A DNA stretch of 64,000 nucleotides from contig CAYGLK010000002.1 of NCBI GenBank assembly GCA_964350985.1, positions 229,406 through 293,405 of the forward strand. The letters are read 5' to 3'. This DNA is from an uncultured Candidatus Saccharibacteria bacterium (GTDB taxonomy: Bacteria; Patescibacteriota; Minisyncoccia; Phycocordibacterales; UBA918). The translations under genes and the position numbers were made by a program. The first letter of the stretch is position 1; each line of letters starts with the position of its first letter. Shown one piece after another: positions 58,117-64,000 of this stretch. The notes under the pieces are model-generated. The model saw only the letters and a program-made list of their open reading frames with translations, was not told where the DNA came from and made no database searches.

Positions 58117-60504
58117 GTGACTACTAAGAAAACAAAACCAAGACTTATTTTACTCGACGCTCATGCTATTTTGCATCGGGCTTATCATGCTCTCCCTGAC
58201 TTTACCGCTCCTGACGGCTCTCCAACAGGTGCTCTTTATGGAGTAGTTAGTATGGTTTTAAAAATCGTTGAAGATTTTAAGCCAGATTATATTGTGGCCT
58301 GTTTTGATTTGCCGGAAGCGACTTATCGTCATGATGCTTTTGAAGGGTACAAAGCCAAACGAGTAAAAACTGATGATACTTTAGTGTCACAGATTATCCG
58401 TTCGCGAGATATTTTTGCCGCCTTCGGAATTCCAATTTACGAACAGGTGGGATTTGAGGCAGATGATCTCTTGGGAACAATCTCTCATCAAACTAAAAAC
58501 AACAAAGACCTAGAAGTCATCATCGCTTCTGGAGATATGGATACGATGCAGTGTGTTGATGGTGTTAGAGTCCGTGTTTATACTCTCAAGAAGGGAATTA
58601 AGGATACGGTTATTTATGACGAAAAAGCAGTAAAGGAACGTTTTGGTTTTGGTCCAAAGTTAGTGCCTGACTACAAGGGGCTTCGTGGAGATACTTCAGA
58701 TAATATTCCAGGTATTGCAGGTATTGGTGAAAAAACCGCCACTGAACTAATCACTAACTTTGGCGACCTTGATTCTATTTATAAAAAATTAAAGAAAGAC
58801 GAACAGCAGTTTTTGGACGCAAAAATCAAACCACGCATCATAAACATACTGAAAGAAGGAGAGGAAGAAGCGCGGTTTTCAAAGATGCTGGCTACTATCA
58901 GAATCGACGTGCCGGTGGAGTTTTCTTTACCAAAGACTAGTTGGCGAGATGGGGCTGACCCCGAAAAGATCAGTGTACTATTTGCTGAGTTAGGTTTTAG
59001 AACTTTAGGTGCTCGGGTACGAACAGCTCTAGAACTTGATCCAGAAGTTTCTGTTGGAGTATCTAGCCAGAATGTCTCAGCAGAAGAAGTGGCGCATACT
59101 GGTATTTTACTTTGGCTCTTGGAGAGTGAGCGAACAAATCCTTCTTTGGAAGACATTGTTGACTATGGCCAAGCTTATTTGAATACCAGCGACTTCAAAG
59201 AGATCACTAAAACCTTACTTGAGAAAGTGGTTAGTGATCCGGACTTAAAAGAAGTTTACGAAAATATTGAAAAACCACTGCAGGAAGCTGTGAGTAGTAT
59301 CAACTCCACTGGGATCAAACTTAATGTTGACTACCTAAAAAAGTTGGCCGTAAAAATGCATAAAGAGTTGGAGACTCTCAGACAAAATATATATCATCAC
59401 GCTGGCACTGAATTTAATATTAATTCACCAAAACAACTAGGAGAAGTTTTGTTTGATGCTTTAGCCTTAAAACCTAAAAATCAAAAGAAAACAGCCGGAG
59501 GGCAGCGTTCAACCAAAGAATCAGAACTAGAAAAGCTGAAAGATTATCATCCAATTATCCCAGAAATTTTACGCTATCGAGAATTACAAAAACTGGTCTC
59601 CACTTACGCTGATACACTGCCAACTCAAGTAAGTGATGATGGTCGAATCAGAACTACTTTCTTGCAAACAGGTACCACTACTGGGCGAATGGGTTCAAAG
59701 GACCCAAACCTGCAAAACATTCCAGTCAGGACAGAAGAAAGTAGGGCTATCAGACGAGCTTTTGTGGCTGACGAAGGATACACAATGGTCGGTATCGACT
59801 ACTCCCAAATTGAATTGCGAATTGCGGCTATCTTGTCCGAAGATAAAAAACTAATTGATATCTTTAGTGCCGGAGAAGATGTTCATACTGGAGTAGCTAT
59901 CCGTGTCTTTGGTGTAAAAGCAGAAGAAGTAACAAGTGAAATGCGTCGCAAAGCTAAAGTGATCAACTTCGGTATTCTTTATGGAATGGGAGTAAATGCA
60001 CTTAGGACAAACTTGGGGGACGATACTCCGAGAGAAGAAGCTCAAGAGTTTTTAAATGCTTATTTCAATACCTTTACTAGATTGGCAGAGTACTTGGAGG
60101 AAACAAAACAATTCGCTCGAGATCACGGTTATACCAAAACACTTTTTGGTCGGCAACGGCATTTCCCTGGAATAAAATCCAACGCTCCATTTATTAGAGC
60201 GCAGGCAGAACGAATGGCGATCAATGCACCAATTCAAGGAACAGCGGCCGACATCATGCGAGTAGCCATGAATCGAGTTTATGACTACTTGAATAAAGCC
60301 AAAAAACTAGGTGATGTGAGAATCCTGCTACAAGTACATGATGAGTTGGTCTTTGAAATAAAAAACGAAATTCTAGAAAAAGAAATTCCCAAGTTAACTG
60401 CTCTGATGGAAGGGGTTTTGGAAGGGAAGGAAACTTTCGGAGTGCCGGTTAAGGTCGATGTTGCTGTTGGAGATAACTGGGCTGATCTAGTAGATCGTAA
60501 ATAA
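58117..60504 (+). CDS. polA: DNA polymerase I (5'-3' exonuclease + polymerase; 3'-5' exonuclease region reduced)
   Basis: FEADD, GDTSDNIPG, DYSQIELR, AKVINFGILYG, LQVHDEL; 795 aa. Confidence 0.96.
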   Translation: MTTKKTKPRLILLDAHAILHRAYHALPDFTAPDGSPTGALYGVVSMVLKIVEDFKPDYIVACFDLPEATYRHDAFEGYKAKRVKTDDTLVSQIIRSRDIFAAFGIPIYEQVGFEADDLLGTISHQTKNNKDLEVIIASGDMDTMQCVDGVRVRVYTLKKGIKDTVIYDEKAVKERFGFGPKLVPDYKGLRGDTSDNIPGIAGIGEKTATELITNFGDLDSIYKKLKKDEQQFLDAKIKPRIINILKEGEEEARFSKMLATIRIDVPVEFSLPKTSWRDGADPEKISVLFAELGFRTLGARVRTALELDPEVSVGVSSQNVSAEEVAHTGILLWLLESERTNPSLEDIVDYGQAYLNTSDFKEITKTLLEKVVSDPDLKEVYENIEKPLQEAVSSINSTGIKLNVDYLKKLAVKMHKELETLRQNIYHHAGTEFNINSPKQLGEVLFDALALKPKNQKKTAGGQRSTKESELEKLKDYHPIIPEILRYRELQKLVSTYADTLPTQVSDDGRIRTTFLQTGTTTGRMGSKDPNLQNIPVRTEESRAIRRAFVADEGYTMVGIDYSQIELRIAAILSEDKKLIDIFSAGEDVHTGVAIRVFGVKAEEVTSEMRRKAKVINFGILYGMGVNALRTNLGDDTPREEAQEFLNAYFNTFTRLAEYLEETKQFARDHGYTKTLFGRQRHFPGIKSNAPFIRAQAERMAINAPIQGTAADIMRVAMNRVYDYLNKAKKLGDVRILLQVHDELVFEIKNEILEKEIPKLTALMEGVLEGKETFGVPVKVDVAVGDNWADLVDRK

Positions 60505-60507
60505 AAT

Positions 60508-61209
60508 ATGTTAGAAGTTTTTTATGGAACTGATGGCCTTAAGGCCAGACAAAAAGCACAACTATCGATCTTGGCTAAGATAGCTCCAGATCAAGAAGTT
60601 ATTTCACTAGAGGCAGATAAGTACACCCCCGGAACTTTGCTTGGCGTGAGTACTACCAGCTCTTTGTTTGGCAGCAACTCCATTTATCTAGTGGATGCTA
60701 CCGATAGTCCCAGTGTAATTTTTAGTGAACTGATTGAAAATGCAGAAGCGTTGGCTGGGTCACAAAATCTTTTTGTTTGTGTAGTCGGCGCGTTGCTGGC
60801 AGCTGATAAAAAGAAAGTATCTAAGCATACCTCTTTGGTTGAGGAATATAAAAAAGATCCCGAAGCTCGGTTTAACGCTTTTCAAATGGCTGATGCTTTG
60901 GCTTTAAAAGATAAGCGGTCACTCTGGCTTTTACTCCAAGAAGCAAAAAGAAACAATATGTCAGCGGAAGAAATAATCGGGACCCTGTGGTGGCAACTTA
61001 AAGCTCTAAGATTAGCGTCTGTTACTAAAACTGCCGCGGAAGCTGGGATGAAAGATTTTCCATATCAAAAAGCGAAGAAAGCTTTACGTAATTTCAAAGA
61101 AGGAGAACTAGAACTAAAATCAAGGCAGCTTTTAAAGTCATATCATGAAGGACACAGAGGGGAGACTGGCTTGGACTTAGCGTTAGAGGCGTGGGTGTTA
61201 ACTATTTAG
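60508..61209 (+). CDS. holA: DNA polymerase III delta subunit-like (short)
   Basis: SLFG motif, FQMADAL, LWWQLKAL, LALEAWVL; coupled to polA. Confidence 0.65.
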   Translation: MLEVFYGTDGLKARQKAQLSILAKIAPDQEVISLEADKYTPGTLLGVSTTSSLFGSNSIYLVDATDSPSVIFSELIENAEALAGSQNLFVCVVGALLAADKKKVSKHTSLVEEYKKDPEARFNAFQMADALALKDKRSLWLLLQEAKRNNMSAEEIIGTLWWQLKALRLASVTKTAAEAGMKDFPYQKAKKALRNFKEGELELKSRQLLKSYHEGHRGETGLDLALEAWVLTI

Positions 61210-61918
61210 TTTTTCTACCCAAGATCCACTGATTGAACAGTTTACTTATCATTCCAACCATTAATCCAAAGAGAGCCATTCCACAAAATTTTGTAATAAT
61301 GAAAATTACTTTACCAAGAGTGCCTTCTGGTATTGGGGCAGGTAAGCCACCTAGAAATACTGAGAAAGCCCAAAACATTCCAGCGGGGATACTCCAGTAG
61401 ATGTCATCATTTGAAATAAAGAGGTGGAGAGCAACTCCTAGGATAAGCATTATAAAAATTAGAGTAGTGGCGTAGAGAGCAATATTAAATCCAAATACAC
61501 CAAAAGATTCTTCAATGTCAGCAGTATCTGTCCGGGATATTTTTGCTAGTCTAGCTAGTCTTAGAAAACGAATGATACGAACAACTCTAGCGGACTTTAG
61601 GAAGCTTAAATTACCTAGACCAAGGAAAGTCGGCACAATAGCTGCTAGGTCAATTATCCCAAAAGGACTGAGGACGTAATCAGAACGTTTCTTTGTTGAC
61701 CAAAATCGAAAAATATATTCAAGAGAAAATAAGGCAACGGCTCCCCATTCAATAATTTGAAAAATTATTCCATATTTATCAAATGAGACCACCGTCTCCA
61801 TGACAATTGAAAGTATCGAAATAAGGGTCGCTAAAGATAGGGTGTCATTAACAAGCGAAAAGTATGGTGATTTTGGATCATCAAATATTTTTCTAACAGA
61901 TTGCTTTGAAAATGACAT
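61202..61918 (-). CDS. Ion_trans (6-TM voltage-gated channel-like) protein with atypical pore
   Basis: FSLEYIFR, IIDLAAIVP, S4 ARVVRIIRFLRLARLAK; no TVGYG. Confidence 0.8.
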   Translation of the reverse strand: MSFSKQSVRKIFDDPKSPYFSLVNDTLSLATLISILSIVMETVVSFDKYGIIFQIIEWGAVALFSLEYIFRFWSTKKRSDYVLSPFGIIDLAAIVPTFLGLGNLSFLKSARVVRIIRFLRLARLAKISRTDTADIEESFGVFGFNIALYATTLIFIMLILGVALHLFISNDDIYWSIPAGMFWAFSVFLGGLPAPIPEGTLGKVIFIITKFCGMALFGLMVGMISKLFNQWILGRKTK

Positions 61919-62078
61919 TAGGTTAAGTATATCCTAAGGGGTTATTTTAAGGAGGGTGGGGTGTGGTAAAGAGGGTAAATTGTCTAAAGGTTCGTCCTGA
62001 TGCATCAGTGGTCACGAGTTACTAACTATAAAATATGCACATTTCTTCAATTATTTACCCTTAGTTTTTCAATATATA

Positions 62079-62106
62079 AAAAGCCTCTGCAACTGCAGAG
62101 GCTTGA
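62079..62106 (-). terminator. Terminator after radical SAM gene
   Basis: AAGCCTCTGCA-AC-TGCAGAGGCTT with A-run on left (U-run on minus strand). Confidence 0.7.
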
Positions 62107-62125
62107 GGGGAAGAGAAGAAAGCAT

Positions 62126-63019
62126 TTATTTTTTTTGAATCTCTTTTCCAGTCTCCGCAAGAATTCGTTCTAGAAATCTGACCGGATCCTCGCACTGATC
62201 CCAAACAGGTGCGTGGATTGCTTCATGTAGTGCTTCCGTGCCGCGCGAGCAGGTGCCGTCTGGTGAAAGACGAACGATGTAATCCGTGTCTTCAAGAGAT
62301 TTCACGTTCATCGTGTTGAAGAGCTCATTGCTTGTTACGTGTCGAAGCTCGTCACTTAAATAAAGGTGAACTCCCTCTTTACTCGCACTCTCGTCAAGCA
62401 GGATGAGTGAGTCGTGTACTTCTTCACGACAAACGAGTTGAACGCCGTTCGAAAAATTCAGCACTGGCGCGACTACCCATTCGCTCACACCAAGTTTTCG
62501 CAAAAGTGCAGGCATCTCGACGAGATCAGTTGCGCCACCCGGAAAAAGGACGGAGGCAACTTGTAGATCTTTATTGAAATACTGTGCTGCTTCTTTTATT
62601 CCATCGGTCGTTTTCTTCCAAGCTCCTTTAACTCCACGTAGTTCGTCATGCCTTTCTGGCCTGAAGCTATCAAGCGAGACAGTTAGTACATCCACGAGAC
62701 CGGAAAGCTCCTTGGACTTTGCTCTGAGCTGGATGCCGTTGGTCACCAAGGCGGTTCCAAGATCAGAATGATCGGCAAGTGTGAGAAGCCTCTTTGTAAG
62801 TGGCCAGCTCTGAGGGAGTAGTGGCTCATAGCCTTGGATTGCAAAACGACTCACGACAAACTTTGCTGACACTTCTAAAAGAAAGAGACAGTAGGACTCG
62901 TCGAGGAGTTTAATTGTCTGTGCCTCTTTACGATGTGCAATGGCACAGAAAGGACACTTAAGGTTACAGCCAAATGGTGCCGGAAGGACCATTGTGAGAT
63001 ACAAGCGGACCAAATCCAT
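62126..63019 (-). CDS. Radical SAM enzyme
   Basis: CNLKCPFC, GYEPLL, VTNG, VSLDS..HDELRG; GAGGAG RBS. Confidence 0.9.
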   Translation of the reverse strand: MDLVRLYLTMVLPAPFGCNLKCPFCAIAHRKEAQTIKLLDESYCLFLLEVSAKFVVSRFAIQGYEPLLPQSWPLTKRLLTLADHSDLGTALVTNGIQLRAKSKELSGLVDVLTVSLDSFRPERHDELRGVKGAWKKTTDGIKEAAQYFNKDLQVASVLFPGGATDLVEMPALLRKLGVSEWVVAPVLNFSNGVQLVCREEVHDSLILLDESASKEGVHLYLSDELRHVTSNELFNTMNVKSLEDTDYIVRLSPDGTCSRGTEALHEAIHAPVWDQCEDPVRFLERILAETGKEIQKK

Positions 63020-63139
63020 TGATGTCTCCTCGGGAAGGGAAGTAAAGAACTAAAGCTCTACAAACTCATAATGCATTTCTATGAGCTTGATAAAGCTCCC
63101 ATCGCGTCCAAAAAAGCTTTGACCGTGATGGGAGAAAGG

Positions 63140-63244
63140 CTACTTCTTCGTGTTTTGGTACGCCGGACGGTCACGCCGTTTCAGAGTCGACTGGAACGTC
63201 AACCCAGAAGCTACCGCAACATAAAGAACTTTTTCTGCAAACAT
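63140..63244 (-). CDS. Putative 34-aa peptide upstream of radical SAM gene
   Basis: AAGGTGAT RBS; MFAEKVLYVAVASGLTFQSTLKRRDRPAYQNTKK; hairpin follows the stop. Confidence 0.45.
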   Translation of the reverse strand: MFAEKVLYVAVASGLTFQSTLKRRDRPAYQNTKK

Positions 63245-63415
63245 ACATCACCTTCTTGTTGCAATGAACCAGGCGGAATGCCTAGTTTCATATTAAGAAT
63301 ACTTAGTATGTGAGCCTATTGATAGAAATATAGTCAAGGTAAATAAAAGCTTTATAAATAAACCTAAATTGAAGAAATTTTTGACGCAAATTGCATCAAA
63401 GAGTATAATTTTTGT

Positions 63416-64000
63416 ATGAGAGAAATTACAAAACGGTCAAAAGTGTTGGGGTTTTCAAAGCTTGAAGACACGCTTATAAAAGTGCTTACTGAGAAACCTC
63501 AGACCATTGCTTGTCTTGCTGATAAAATAAATGCGCCGCGGACATCGTTATATCGGCCACTCAAAGCCCTCAGTATTAGAGGATTTATAGAAAAGGTGAC
63601 GCTAAATAAGAGAGTAAGGTGGAGATTAGTGAGTCAGGAATCATTAGTTGCTTCGCTCAGCCCTATTCTTTTCATAGGCATTGAAGCACCACTTCATCCA
63701 GAATTTTTCCTGCATACCGGAAAAGAAACACTGATGCAATTGTATGAAAAGTTAGCAGAACGTCCGGGAGTACGAGTCTACGCGATTCAGCCAAATAGAT
63801 CTGCCGAGTCGGTGTTAAATATATTTCCATTTAGCCGACTAGTTCGTTTGACTGAACGTATTAAAGAAAACAAAGTAATCGTCGAAGCCCTATTGCAGGA
63901 AGACTTCATACCATTTTATACTGATTTAATTCGTCGACGAGGGCTTTCGATCAAAAAAATACTTACAGCTTTTGGGGGTCGTTCTGCAGATACTAGTTAT
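63416..64000 (+). CDS. TrmB-like HTH transcriptional regulator (runs off window)
   Basis: Hand translation MREITKRSKVLGFSKLE..LADKINAPRTSLYRPLKALSIRGFI; promoter TTGACG-17-TATAAT (63381-63409). Confidence 0.7.
   Translation, partial: MREITKRSKVLGFSKLEDTLIKVLTEKPQTIACLADKINAPRTSLYRPLKALSIRGFIEKVTLNKRVRWRLVSQESLVASLSPILFIGIEAPLHPEFFLHTGKETLMQLYEKLAERPGVRVYAIQPNRSAESVLNIFPFSRLVRLTERIKENKVIVEALLQEDFIPFYTDLIRRRGLSIKKILTAFGGRSADTSY

Noticed and set aside
9363-60237. Many short antisense or nested ORFs in the six-frame track
   Set aside because: They overlap well-supported genes and carry no motifs; treated as shadows
62126-63019. Prokaryotic viperin
   Set aside because: Only the generic CxxxCxxC is evident; I do not see viperin-specific motifs, though an HMM search is needed to exclude it
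63071-63313. 80-aa plus-strand ORF
   Set aside because: No RBS or recognisable motif; RBS and operon logic favour the minus strand
1-64000. CRISPR arrays, tRNA, rRNA, tmRNA or RNase P RNA genes
   Set aside because: No regularly spaced repeats or diagnostic RNA motifs found by eye

Overview
AT-rich bacterial chromosome segment whose gene set and order (rpsO-NYN-pnp, ruvB-yebC-ruvC, PrgI/VirB4-type membrane locus, few Shine-Dalgarno motifs) suggest a Patescibacteria/CPR (Parcubacteria-like) genome; this is inference. It spans the replication-origin region (yidC-rnpA-rpmH / dnaA-dnaN) and housekeeping genes (CCA enzyme, xth, xerC/D-type recombinase, pnp, pcrA, rsmA, PBP1A, tyrS, pilB-like ATPase, tsaE, polA, holA). 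The clearest accessory feature is a 13.1-kb element (13638-26733) inserted precisely in the Walker B codons of comM. It has readable attL/attR sites, a large serine recombinase, a primase-polymerase/helicase, a TIGR04141-like protein, a c4-like structured RNA and an AlwI-family restriction-modification system. Excision would restore an intact 504-aa ComM. Other candidates: an orphan promoter-driven long-hairpin ncRNA between ruvB and pilB; a 700-bp structured ORF-free region after the CCA gene; an active/dead pair of membrane-anchored M14 peptidases; a voltage-sensor channel lacking the K+ filter; a peptide + radical SAM + TrmB-like cassette; and pervasive apparently leaderless genes. All family calls come from motif recognition, not database searches.
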